Assembly (NCBI GenBank): GCA_049698675.1
Contig: JBAVYG010000735.1
Coordinates: forward strand, 1-35,962
DNA from: Terriglobia bacterium
GTDB taxonomy: Bacteria; Acidobacteriota; Terriglobia; UBA7540
Direction of reading: 5' to 3'
Length of the DNA: 35,962 bases
Position numbers and translations under genes: made by a program. Each line of letters opens with the position of its first letter. The first letter of the stretch is position 1. Below the pieces are notes generated by a model. It saw only the letters and a list, made by a program, of their open reading frames with translations. It ran no database searches and was not told the DNA's origin. Of the stretch, positions 26,564-35,630 are shown one piece after another.

Positions 26564-26902
26564 ATGGAACTTGGAAAAAGATTAAGAGCGCTGCGCGAAG
26601 CAAAGGGCTTGTCGCAAGGTGACATCGAAAGACGGTCCGGTCTCTTGCGATCTTACATATCTCGTGTAGAAGGCGGGTATACCGCCCCCTCCCTTTCGAC
26701 CCTGGAGAAGTTTGCGAAGGCACTGGAGGTCGAACCGTATCAGCTCTTGTTTCATGGAGAGGGCAAGCCCAGTGCGCCCAAGGTGCCTGAGCAAGTCGGC
26801 TCGGGGAAACCTGTCAAGCGGTTGGTGAAGATGTTCGAAGGTATGTCGAGCGCCAATCGCAAGCTGCTCCTGAGCATGGCTGGCAAGCTCGGCAAGCACT
26901 AG
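26564..26902 (+). CDS. XRE-family helix-turn-helix transcriptional regulator
   Basis: 'LGKRLRALREAKGLSQGDIERRSGLLRSYISRVEGGYTAPSLSTLEKFAKALEV' is a Cro/C1-type HTH. Confidence 0.85.
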   Translation: MELGKRLRALREAKGLSQGDIERRSGLLRSYISRVEGGYTAPSLSTLEKFAKALEVEPYQLLFHGEGKPSAPKVPEQVGSGKPVKRLVKMFEGMSSANRKLLLSMAGKLGKH

Positions 26903-27076
26903 TGCAGGGCGAGTTCGCGCAAAGCAATCATCGGGTCTCTATCGGCGGGGAAACGAGGGTGGGCGTGTCTCCCGGCGGCACGCTGAGCCAACGTAGCGCA
27001 GACCTTTCTTTATGCCTTTCGGCTCTGGTTGAGATTCCTGCCCCTGGAGACCCTGAGCCACGAAGCCCATCCGGCC

Positions 27077-27118
27077 CCACATACCACCTACTACCTACCA
27101 CATACCTGCTGCCTCCTG
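27077..27118. repeat. Heptamer array F: ccacata ccaccta ctaccta ccacata cctgctg cctcctg
   Basis: Six in-phase units, C-rich and G-poor on the top strand. The CTACC/CCACC vocabulary matches arrays B and C. Confidence 0.7.
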
Positions 27119-27495
27119 CTCGTCGGTTCGTGAACAACTCAGTGGATGTGCTTGACCTTCTTTTGCAGGTAATCCATCAGGGGGAGATCTCACAGCCGGC
27201 GATGAAGGGGATGGAATCGTCGAGAAGCGTTACCAGCGAGCGAAGAATATAGAACTCCGCCCGGCATTACTCTGCTAGGTTCAGGTGAGAATACGGTAGT
27301 GGGTCAGTTTCCGCCAAGGGCGTTATCCGGCCCAGCGGCGCCCTGCTGCTTAGGGAGTGGCAAGGTTTCTTCCGAGCGCGCCGTCATCCGTCCGTAATCT
27401 CTGGCGCCGTAGAATGATCAGTAAACACAAGGCGACTTATGGGGAGAAATACGGAGGACCGGCAGTAACCGTTCGCCGATGAGCCACTTGAAGCA

Positions 27496-27759
27496 TCATT
27501 GGTGCTGGGGACTTGTGCCACCCCAATTCGCGGCGTTCATGCCGCTGCTAACCTGGCAGCTTGCGGAAAAAGTCGGTAATGGCTGACCTCCGGGAAGTTG
27601 ATCTATGGCGATGCTTGTTGTACAAGTTCTGAGCGCCGCACCCGCTGCCTCGAGCATCGTCCACCAAGCCTCGTTCCATCGGCGCGGGCGCACGACCACC
27701 AGGGCGAGCATCGTCGCGAAAACGGTTAGAGTGACGACGATGCGCGCTGTGCCTGTCAT
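27496..27759 (-). pseudogene. Probable N-terminal remnant of an ArsB/NhaD-superfamily permease (87-codon ORF coupled to the MFS stop)
   Basis: Its ATG overlaps the MFS TGA (ATGA at 27756-27759). The first ~43 residues, 'IVVTLTVFATMLALVVVRPRRWNEAWWTMLEAAGAAL', parallel the N-terminus of the intact permease at 29682-30998 ('LLTLAGIMIRPLRWSEARIAMAGAG'). Similarity is lost after that, and I saw no continuation in other frames. Confidence 0.4.
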
Positions 27760-29006
27760 TCTTTTGCCAATCGTGTGTTGCGCGTCTCGGGCATCAACAT
27801 ATAGAGAATAGCGAACGCTGCCAACGCCACCCCCACGAGGAATAGGAAGCCGGCGCGAAAGCCCCGGTGGTGAACGATAGTACCAGCGATGACCTGGCTC
27901 AGGGCCGCGCCGATACCGACCGCAGTGGTGATGGCTCCCAGCGTGAGATTGAATCGGCCGGTACCGCGCGTCAGATCGGCAATCACGAGCACGGACACGA
28001 CGCCGAAGATCCCCGCCCCGACGCCGTCCATGACCTGGATGGCCACAAGCAATGCCGTCTTGGTCGTGAGGGTGTAAAGAACGCCACGAATCGGAAGTAC
28101 GCCGAACGCGATCAGCAGAAGTGGCTTTCGACCCCACGTTCCGGCCTTCCGTCCCGACCAAGACGCGATCAGCGTGATGACGAACTGGGTCGTTACCACG
28201 CACGCCCCCATGAAGAGCATCGAGCTTCGCCCCCGACCCTTTGCCAGCAACTCGCCGAGCAGCGGCAGCATCGCCGCGTTCGCAAAATGGAACATCACGG
28301 CGCAGACGAGGAAGAGGATCAGTGGGCGATCCCGGAAGAGCACCCGGACGCTTTCCGCTTTGCCGCCTTTCTCGCCATCATTTGCGCCCCGCGCGAGCTC
28401 GTAGTCAATCTCCGCGGGTCTGATCAGAAGCAGGACGAGAATCGTGGGCACCGCGAGAGCCACGACGAAGAAGAAGATGCTCCGGTTGGAAACGAGGTAG
28501 CCGAGGAGGCCCATCGACACGGCGGCAGTCACGTTACCTGCCGAGTTGAACGTCTGATTGCGACCTTGGCGGGTGTCGAATGAGGCATGTCCGACGATCC
28601 CGAGCGACATCGCGCAGATGGCTGGGATGAAGACGCTGGACGTGCCGCCAATCAAGACCTGGGTGCCCATGATGGGCCAGAACGACGGAAACCGAGCGAT
28701 CAGCAGCGCTCCCGTAGCCAGCGCGGCCACGGCCACACCGACCAGCGCTCGCTTCGATCGGATGAGGTCAACGAGCCCGCCCGCCGGCGTCTGCGTGAGA
28801 ATTCCTGCGATCCCGCCGACCGTGAGCGCGAGCCCGACGCGCTCTTCGTTCCACTTGTAGCCAGCGAGGTAAATCGCGACGAACGGCCCCACCCCCGTCT
28901 GCACGTCGGCGAGGAGGAAATTGAGCCAATCGAGGCCACGCAGCGTTCGCCGCGAAGGGGGCGTTTTGGTTGCAATGGAGGCGTCAGGCTCGCGCGCTCT
29001 CTTCAT
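27756..29006 (-). CDS. MFS transporter
   Basis: About 12 hydrophobic segments. '[23 protein letters not shown]' and the overall MFS_1 pattern. I prefer the ATG at 29006. The longer ORF to 29114 has an Arg/Trp-rich non-protein-like extension. Confidence 0.85.
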   Translation of the reverse strand: MKRAREPDASIATKTPPSRRTLRGLDWLNFLLADVQTGVGPFVAIYLAGYKWNEERVGLALTVGGIAGILTQTPAGGLVDLIRSKRALVGVAVAALATGALLIARFPSFWPIMGTQVLIGGTSSVFIPAICAMSLGIVGHASFDTRQGRNQTFNSAGNVTAAVSMGLLGYLVSNRSIFFFVVALAVPTILVLLLIRPAEIDYELARGANDGEKGGKAESVRVLFRDRPLILFLVCAVMFHFANAAMLPLLGELLAKGRGRSSMLFMGACVVTTQFVITLIASWSGRKAGTWGRKPLLLIAFGVLPIRGVLYTLTTKTALLVAIQVMDGVGAGIFGVVSVLVIADLTRGTGRFNLTLGAITTAVGIGAALSQVIAGTIVHHRGFRAGFLFLVGVALAAFAILYMLMPETRNTRLAKE

Positions 29007-29014
29007 TAATCGGA

Positions 29015-29182
29015 ACCCACATATTGGAAGAAGGCGCGGATCTGCGCGCCATCCAGGAACCGCTCGGCCACGAGTGGCTTTCCACCACCCAGCGCTACAC
29101 CCAAGCCACCACAAAACAGGTGCTGGAAGTTTACCACAAGACCCCTCCCCGGGCGCGCTCAGCGCGTTTTACCAGCGGCTGA
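29015..29182 (+). pseudogene. C-terminal remnant of a tyrosine recombinase/integrase (XerC/D- or phage-integrase-like), about 50 codons
   Basis: '[47 protein letters not shown]' matches the box II region, with the catalytic Tyr in 'QRYTQ'. No N-terminal 250-300 codons exist upstream; the MFS gene occupies that DNA on the other strand. Confidence 0.7.
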
Positions 29183-29657
29183 TCGGAAATTGTTCGCCAG
29201 CCAGCGGCCGCAAGAGCAGCACCGGGCAGGGCGCATGATCCAGAACAAAGCGCGCAACATGCCCGACTGATCGCGGGCCAATATGTGGTGGCTCCCCATA
29301 TTCCGCACGCGGGCAAATGAGAATCACATCCGCTCCCCACTCTGCGGCGGCGTTTACGATTTCAAGCTCAGGACGCCCCTGTCGCGACAGTGTCTCCGCC
29401 TGGGGCAAGTAACCGAGTCCCGCCTTCAAAATCTCTTCCGAAGCTGCCCTTTCTGCCGCCTGCATTTCATCTGTAACGGGTTCATGGTGCAACGGCGGCC
29501 GCCAGAATCGTTCACGTGTGCGGTCGATGTCTCTGCGCGGGCCAACATCAATCACCGTCAGCAGAGCAATCGTCAGAGGCTCAGCCGTGGAAAACATCTG
29601 TGCTGCATGGCTGACCTGTTTGGCATTTGTGCCATCCAGACAACAAAGAATTCGCAT
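29169..29657 (-). CDS. Universal stress protein family
   Basis: '[10 protein letters not shown]...' and '[10 protein letters not shown]...[25 protein letters not shown]'. AAGGAGG lies upstream of the ATG at 29657, which is 25 nt after the permease stop. Confidence 0.8.
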   Translation of the reverse strand: MRILCCLDGTNAKQVSHAAQMFSTAEPLTIALLTVIDVGPRRDIDRTRERFWRPPLHHEPVTDEMQAAERAASEEILKAGLGYLPQAETLSRQGRPELEIVNAAAEWGADVILICPRAEYGEPPHIGPRSVGHVARFVLDHAPCPVLLLRPLAGEQFPISRW

Positions 29658-29681
29658 CAATGCCTCCTTCTGCAAACCTGC

Positions 29682-30998
29682 CTACAAGCACAGCCAGATT
29701 GTGAACGCACCTGCGAGTAACATCAACGGAGTAACGACGACGCCCACTTTGAAATAGTCGAGCCCCGAAACATCCACGTCCCGTTGGCGCAGAATGAGTA
29801 ACCAGAGAATCGTAGCCAAAGACCCGACCGTAGTAAGGTTCGGGCCCAGATCGCAACCAAACATGGTGGCCGCGACGAAGCCATTTCTTGTTGCCGGAGC
29901 CGCATTCTGAACAATACCGAGAGAAGAATTCATGACTACAGCCATGGGTACGTTATTGATTAAGTTTGTCCCTAGGGCCGACCCCAACGCGCCAACCATC
30001 ACTGCTCCAAAGCTCGTACCGCCGGAGAGATGCAGGAGCAGGTTGCCCAGTTTGAGCGTAAGTCCGGTGTCCTCGATGGCACGCACGACAACGAACATTC
30101 CCGCGATGAATCCAAAAATCGGCCACGAGATCCCTTTACATGCTTCCAGCACGGTCGTCCGCTTCCAGAACAGGGCGCCCGCAAGTAGTAACAACGCGCC
30201 CGCCACTGCCACCACGGAAAGCGGAAACTGAAAAGCAGATGCAAGCACATACGAGGGCGCAACCAGCGCAAGCGCCCCCAATGTATAACGAAAGTAAGTC
30301 CGATGCTTAACGGCCTTCTCTGCCGTGGGCAGACGGCTGGTGTCAAAAGATCCTCTAAGCTTCTTGCGGTAGAGTAGGTAGAAAATCCCAAGGTTAATTG
30401 CGATTACAACGAGACTGGGAAGTAAGAGCAGCCGCAGGAAGGTTAGAAGATCGAGCGGGAAGCGCGACATGATAATGATGTTGATCGGATTGCTGATGGG
30501 TAGCAGGAACGATGCGGTATCAGCAATGAAGGTGCATGCGAACAGGTAAGGCAGAACCGGAAGCCGTAACCTTGTCACCAACACATAAACGACTGGCGTC
30601 AGGATAAGCGCCGTCGCATCGTTGGAAAATATCATCGTGATAAGTGTTCCCAAGAGAAACACATTCAGGAACAATCTGGCCGCACTTCTTTTGGCGAATC
30701 GCGCGGCTTGTACTGCCAACCAATCAAACAACCCGGCCGTTTCCGCCAGCGCAGATAACCCCATCATTCCCAGGAAGAAGAGAAACGTATTCCAGTCGCG
30801 GAGCAGAGTAAATGCAGCATCCGCAGGCCGGATCAAACCCAAAAGAAGCAGAGTGCCCGCGCCGGCCATGGCGATTCGCGCCTCACTCCAGCGAAGGGGA
30901 CGAATCATGATGCCGGCCAGTGTCAGCAAGCCGATGATCGAGGTAAGAAGTGTTCTCCAGAATTCCGATAGGGGGAAGAACAGAAACACAGGCCGCAT
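29682..30998 (-). CDS. ArsB/NhaD-superfamily (arsenical pump / citrate-transporter-like) permease
   Basis: 438 aa, polytopic. 'NDATALILTPVV', 'FLLPISNPINIIIM', 'GTNLINNVPMAVVM' and 'GPNLTTVGSLATILW' are typical of the ArsB/NhaD/CitMHS fold. Confidence 0.85.
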   Translation of the reverse strand: MRPVFLFFPLSEFWRTLLTSIIGLLTLAGIMIRPLRWSEARIAMAGAGTLLLLGLIRPADAAFTLLRDWNTFLFFLGMMGLSALAETAGLFDWLAVQAARFAKRSAARLFLNVFLLGTLITMIFSNDATALILTPVVYVLVTRLRLPVLPYLFACTFIADTASFLLPISNPINIIIMSRFPLDLLTFLRLLLLPSLVVIAINLGIFYLLYRKKLRGSFDTSRLPTAEKAVKHRTYFRYTLGALALVAPSYVLASAFQFPLSVVAVAGALLLLAGALFWKRTTVLEACKGISWPIFGFIAGMFVVVRAIEDTGLTLKLGNLLLHLSGGTSFGAVMVGALGSALGTNLINNVPMAVVMNSSLGIVQNAAPATRNGFVAATMFGCDLGPNLTTVGSLATILWLLILRQRDVDVSGLDYFKVGVVVTPLMLLAGAFTIWLCL

Positions 30999-31849
30999 CC
31001 TTTCAACAGGAATCTCGTTTTTCAGCCCTAAATCGCCCGAATTCTACTACTCCGGAGCGGTTTTGCAAGGCCAAAGCTGCATCTTCAAACGAAAAGCGGA
31101 GTGATGCCGCACCATGTCGGGCTTTGCCGCGTAATCGAGCGCGTTCCTCGTCGATTTCTCGGTCACTGCTCCCTCCTCCTTCGTTCTCAGCGATTCGGTT
31201 TTCGCACCTTGAAGCCAGTTGTTAGCTCCAGCCCTGACCCTGAAAGAGACTATGAAGACGACCGCGAGACTGGTCCTCAATGACATGCGCGTTCGGTCTG
31301 TTCGGCATGTGACGTTCTTCTTTCGGCCTAACTTATGTAGGCTGGTCTGGATAAAACCGGCCCTGGCGAGCATAAGATGCAACCGCCACCGCACTAATGT
31401 CAAGCTGATCGTATAAAATTGTAACGGCAAGGTGTCTGCGCAAAGAAGACAGCGCCTCATCACGCTGCCGAGCGGTTTCCGCGCCTTGGGTGCCGGGGAT
31501 TACCTCCTGTCACCGGAAATGCGGGATAGATCCCGTGTAACGCCGTTGTGTAGACCGAAGCCCCTCAACTCCTGTATCGTCGTACGGACTCGGAAACTAC
31601 CTAGCCCCTTGCGTTTCTTCCTCTGACGCCGGTGGTCACTTGGCCGTGTAGTCGGCTTGACCGGAAACTGATCCAGCACCGGGAATACCGATGAATTGCC
31701 TTTTCGATCGAGAGGAATTGCACGGACTGCTGCAAATGCCAAGAGCGTGATCCAAGGGTCATTGTCATTAGCGTTCGCCTCGTTCCAACCTGACCGAATG
31801 TAACAGAGTAATACCAGCCAACTGCTCAAGAGGGCCACAGGGGCGGTGT

Positions 31850-32494
31850 CTAACGCCGTATGTTACCGTTCCCCCCGGCCTTATCGCGGGCTTCTTGAGC
31901 GGCGTCGATTTGGTGGATCAGTTGGTCCATCGCGTGGACCACATGCTGAAGTCGCTCCGGTTCATTTCGCAGCGAAAGGAGTCGTTGCTTGAATTCGAGC
32001 GCCACAGGAAGCGACGCAGCGAGACGGAAGGATAGGTGGCGGTAAGGCTGGGGCAGGTCGACCGGCATCTCAGATGCCTGGTGCAACCGTCGCATGATTT
32101 CCCGGAAAAGTCGGACGGCGTTTTCAGCCTCTGTCTCTCCCGGCGTGTCTGGACCTTCGTCGTCGAAGAACTCGACGGAGGCGCGCAGGTAAGATTTCTC
32201 CTCGTTGGTCAACAGTATCTCGAACCGGCGTTTGCCCACCGTCAGGATGTCCATGCGGCCGTCATCGTATTTCCGCGTGACAGTCACGATCTGTGCGCTG
32301 CAACCGACATTTGAAATCTCCTGGCCCTTGCCCAAAACCACCCCGAAATCCTGCCTGCCGAAGCCGGAAGTCTTCGCCCGGAGGCACTCGCCGATCATTT
32401 CACGGTAGCGTTCTTCGAAGATGTGGAGAGGCAATGCTTCTTCAGGAAGGAGCACCAGCTCGAGGGGAAATAGGGGCAGGAGAATCTCTTCCAT
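31850..32494 (-). CDS. Lon protease N-terminal (LON substrate-binding) domain-only protein
   Basis: 'LLPLFPLELVLLPEEALPLHIFEERYREMIGECL' plus 'GCSAQIVTV.....DGRMDILTVGKRRFEIL'. I prefer the ATG at 32494, 10 nt after the upstream stop. Confidence 0.8.
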   Translation of the reverse strand: MEEILLPLFPLELVLLPEEALPLHIFEERYREMIGECLRAKTSGFGRQDFGVVLGKGQEISNVGCSAQIVTVTRKYDDGRMDILTVGKRRFEILLTNEEKSYLRASVEFFDDEGPDTPGETEAENAVRLFREIMRRLHQASEMPVDLPQPYRHLSFRLAASLPVALEFKQRLLSLRNEPERLQHVVHAMDQLIHQIDAAQEARDKAGGNGNIRR

Positions 32495-32504
32495 GGGGCA
32501 CCAA

Positions 32505-33470
32505 CTACTGGAGCGGCTCGAACTCGGAACCATTCCAGGCGCACGCCTTGGTGACTTTTACTGAGTTCAGGGGTTTGTCTTGCCCGACAGCGCGGAACTC
32601 CACTGTAGCTTTCCAGACAGGTATGTACATGTTGCCGCGCGGTTGAAATTCCACTTCAGCTTTGGTCACCGTGCCAGGCGCGCCGGCGTTCTTCTCGAGG
32701 GGATGGAGTATTTGCAGCTCGGAAGGGAAAAAGTCGAGGTTTCGAGACTCGAGGGGAGCTGACCAGAGCGTTCTGAAATTGCCGCGCTCGAGGCGGCGAA
32801 TCACGATGTTCACTCCAAAAGCCTCGGGGCCCTTGCGGAAGGGCTCGTGCGTGATGAGGCACTCGATTCCGTCCCCCAGGAGGTCGCGCACCTCCACAGA
32901 CAGGATTCCGGGCTTCATTTCGGAGAAAGGGAACTCGAGCCAAGGGCCGCGTGTGAAATTCCCCCCGCGAGGCAGGAAGGCTACCAGTCGCGAAGCTGGA
33001 AGCATAACCGACGCAACCAAGCAAACCAGCGCAGGGCCGGAATTCCCCTGTTTGACCAGCCAGCGCGACAACGCTACCTTTGATAACGTGAAATCGTCCT
33101 GATATTCGCCGCCGAGCTGGCGCAGTAGCTCTTCGTCACTGGGAAAACGATCGATGGGAACAATCTCCACCTTGCTGGGATCTACCCAGGCATCGACAGG
33201 ATTGAGCGTCGAGAGGTCGGTAATGCGGAGCATGGCCCGATTCTTGCCATGCTTTGACTCCGTTCTTAGCACGGGTACCAGCGCTCCCCGGCCCACACTC
33301 AGTGGCTTGGTTCTTCGGCCCAGCGCCCTTTGCATAAGCTCGAGCGGTCCTTCTTGGACATAGCACCATGCGATTGGCTGATGACTATCCCTGTCTTGGG
33401 CGGAGACAATCGTGACGGCAATGATACCGGTGATTATGAGCCAGCCGAGACCTTTCGATGAAAATCGCAT
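32505..33470 (-). CDS. Hypothetical secreted/anchored protein
   Basis: N-terminal hydrophobic 'GLGWLIITGIIAVTIVSAQ'. A 320-aa ORF with coding-like composition, in tandem with the Lon-N gene. I recognise no family. A GTG at 33479 is an alternative start. Confidence 0.65.
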   Translation of the reverse strand: MRFSSKGLGWLIITGIIAVTIVSAQDRDSHQPIAWCYVQEGPLELMQRALGRRTKPLSVGRGALVPVLRTESKHGKNRAMLRITDLSTLNPVDAWVDPSKVEIVPIDRFPSDEELLRQLGGEYQDDFTLSKVALSRWLVKQGNSGPALVCLVASVMLPASRLVAFLPRGGNFTRGPWLEFPFSEMKPGILSVEVRDLLGDGIECLITHEPFRKGPEAFGVNIVIRRLERGNFRTLWSAPLESRNLDFFPSELQILHPLEKNAGAPGTVTKAEVEFQPRGNMYIPVWKATVEFRAVGQDKPLNSVKVTKACAWNGSEFEPLQ

Positions 33471-33662
33471 GTTGTCCACTATTGTTCACACCCGGCGGGA
33501 GTTTGACAAACAAAATCGTGCGCCCTAGACTGTGCAGTCGCCCTGCTAGGCCCTCCGGGCGGAGGCGTCCGGAAGATGGGCGCGTATTACCATGAGCGCG
33601 GCACAGATTTTGGCAGGCATCAGCCCCACCCTCGTCAAGCCTGCGCGGGGCTTACGTTTCTT

Positions 33663-34631
33663 ATGGTCACATACGAGATACATTCTGCACAGGTTCCATC
33701 CCGCCCTTCCGGGGTGAATTCTCCGGGCAGCGCAACGGTTTTGCTCTGCGTCTTGGCTGCAACGCTTTCGATTCTGCTGTCGCCCGCGGCGTCCGCGCGC
33801 ACAGTTAAAGATCAGACTGGCCGAAGTGTAGATGTCCCGAACAAACCTCACCGCCTGGTTTCCCTTGCTCCCAATATTACGGAGATCGTTTATGCTCTGG
33901 GGCTGGGCGACGAACTGGTAGGGGACACGGATTACTGTGATTTTCCACCGCAGGCCAAGAACAAGCCGCACGTCGGAACGATGGTGAATCCCAGTCTGGA
34001 AAGGATCGTCGCGCTGAAGCCTGACTTGGCGCTGGGCACGCCGGAGGCCAATCGGCGTGAGACAGCCGACCAGCTTGAACGGTTGGGTATACCCCTTTAC
34101 GGCGTGACGGCAAGCACCCTGGTAGGGACTCTGGCCTCGATCGAGGACCTGGGGAAAATACTCGGACGCGCTTCGGAGGCGAGGAGTCTTGTGGCGGAGA
34201 TGCAAGCCAGGATTGACCGGGTGGAAAAACGGATTGAAGGTCAGCCCAAGCCCAAGGTGCTCTTCGTCGTTTGGTATCGCCCTCTAATCACGGTCGGCCC
34301 CAGTACATTTATTGCCGACGTGATCCGCGCCGCAGGCGGGATTCCTATCGGAGAGAACCTGAAGGGTGAATGGCCACGATTAACCCTGGAGGAGTTGCTG
34401 CCGCAGAATCCCGACGTGATCCTCTTACCCAAGACCGAGTCTTTTTCTCCCAGCGCGGAGGAATTCCAAAGCCTCCCCGGTTGGAAGGATTTGCGGGCGG
34501 TGAAGGAACGCCGAATGTTTTTCGTCTCCGAAACCGTCATGCGGCCCGGCCCGCGCCTCGTTGATGCCTTGGAAGAGTTGGCAGGTGTCCTGCACCCTAC
34601 GGTGGCCTTCAAGACGGGAGAGCACCAATGA
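33663..34631 (+). CDS. ABC-transporter periplasmic binding protein, cluster A-II (BtuF / Fe-siderophore-type, PF01497-like)
   Basis: Signal 'ATVLLCVLAATLSILLSPAASA'. 'RLVSLAPNITEIVYALGLGDELVGDTDYCDFP' and 'KPDLALG' are BtuF-like. The ORF track starts at 33576; I prefer the ATG at 33663. Confidence 0.85.
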   Translation: MVTYEIHSAQVPSRPSGVNSPGSATVLLCVLAATLSILLSPAASARTVKDQTGRSVDVPNKPHRLVSLAPNITEIVYALGLGDELVGDTDYCDFPPQAKNKPHVGTMVNPSLERIVALKPDLALGTPEANRRETADQLERLGIPLYGVTASTLVGTLASIEDLGKILGRASEARSLVAEMQARIDRVEKRIEGQPKPKVLFVVWYRPLITVGPSTFIADVIRAAGGIPIGENLKGEWPRLTLEELLPQNPDVILLPKTESFSPSAEEFQSLPGWKDLRAVKERRMFFVSETVMRPGPRLVDALEELAGVLHPTVAFKTGEHQ

Positions 34632-35629
34632 CCTTTCCGGCAACACCCAGGAATGTGATTGTGGTTGCGGCGGTAATGTCCTTGCTTCTTGTCCTAACGG
34701 TGTTGGTTTCTTTGACGATGGGCGCGGTCCACTTGCCGTTGTCGGAAGTCTGGGCGGCGCTGGTATCGCCGGGGAAGAACTCCGAGGCGGCTGTCATCGT
34801 GCGGGGGATTCGACTCCCACGAATTCTCCTGGCCATTCTCGTGGGTGCTGCGCTTTCGGTTGCAGGCACGAGCCTTCAGGCCTTGCTGCGCAACCCTCTG
34901 GCCGACCCCTACGTTCTGGGAATCTCCAGCGGCGCAGCGGTGGGAGCCATCTTCGCTCTTTGGATTGGTGGGCGCATTGCGGCTGCCTCACCGCTGGCGG
35001 CTTTTGTCGGGGCAGTGATCACCATGGTTTGGGTTTACTTGCTGGGAAGGCACGGCGGACGCCTGTCGAGTTACACGCTGATCCTGGCCGGCGTCATTAC
35101 GGCCTCCTTCTTATCCGCCGTAATCCTGTTCATGCTGACCCTGCTTTCCACCAGGGATGTCCGCGGCATCGCGTTTTGGCTGATGGGTGACCTCAGCGTG
35201 ACACCGGTTGCGGAGCTGCGTTTCCTGGCGCCGGCAATTATCCTGGCCATTGCGGGTTTGTATGTGTTTGCCAAGGATCTGAATGTCCTGCTCCTGGGCG
35301 CTGAGGAGGCAGCCCACTTGGGAGTAAATGTTGCGCGCGTAGAGGTGGGCGTCTATATCCTGGCGTCGTTGCTGACCGGGATTGCGGTCTCTGCCAGCGG
35401 CGCAATTGGCTACCTTGGCTTGCTGGTGCCGCACCTGGGCAGAATGCTGGTGGGTAACGACCACCGCATGCTGTTGCCCACCGCGGCCCTGGGAGGCGCT
35501 ATCCTCCTGGTGCTGTCAGATACACTCGCTCGAACCGCGGTGGCGCCTGCGGAACTTCCGGTCGGCGCCGTCACCGCCGTGGCGGGCGCGCCGGTGTTCA
35601 TCTACTTGCTGAGAAAGACCGCAGGATAG
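34628..35629 (+). CDS. ABC-transporter permease, FecCD/BtuC family
   Basis: 'RLPRILLAILVGAALSVAGTSLQALLRNPLADPYVLGISSGAA' and 'GAIGYLGLLVPHLGRMLVGNDHR' are FecCD signatures. ATGA overlap with the binding-protein gene. Confidence 0.9.
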   Translation: MTFPATPRNVIVVAAVMSLLLVLTVLVSLTMGAVHLPLSEVWAALVSPGKNSEAAVIVRGIRLPRILLAILVGAALSVAGTSLQALLRNPLADPYVLGISSGAAVGAIFALWIGGRIAAASPLAAFVGAVITMVWVYLLGRHGGRLSSYTLILAGVITASFLSAVILFMLTLLSTRDVRGIAFWLMGDLSVTPVAELRFLAPAIILAIAGLYVFAKDLNVLLLGAEEAAHLGVNVARVEVGVYILASLLTGIAVSASGAIGYLGLLVPHLGRMLVGNDHRMLLPTAALGGAILLVLSDTLARTAVAPAELPVGAVTAVAGAPVFIYLLRKTAG

Positions 35630-35630
35630 G

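Noticed and set aside
26902-27252. 116-aa plus-strand ORF immediately after the XRE gene
   Set aside because: It runs through heptamer array F, has no motifs, and starts by overlapping the XRE stop. It is probably fortuitous.
18987-28583. Other long antisense ORFs (18987-19856, 21764-22780, 24483-25568, 27496-28203 upstream part, 27867-28583)
   Set aside because: Each lies opposite a gene with clear family motifs (beta-lactamase-like, Moco subunit, YihY, MFS) and has the Arg/Pro/Gly-rich composition of GC-rich non-coding frames.
28970-29014. N-terminal 15 codons of ORF 28970-29182 ('[15 protein letters not shown]')
   Set aside because: These codons are not part of the recombinase homology. 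They are antisense to the MFS N-terminus, so only 29015-29182 is called as a remnant.
33480-33662. Expected cobalamin riboswitch upstream of the BtuF-like ABC importer
   Set aside because: I could not find the conserved 'GGTG..AATCC...CCCGCCACTG' core or a B12 box (AGCCAGGAGACCTGCC-like) on the plus strand. An Infernal scan with RF00174 would settle it.
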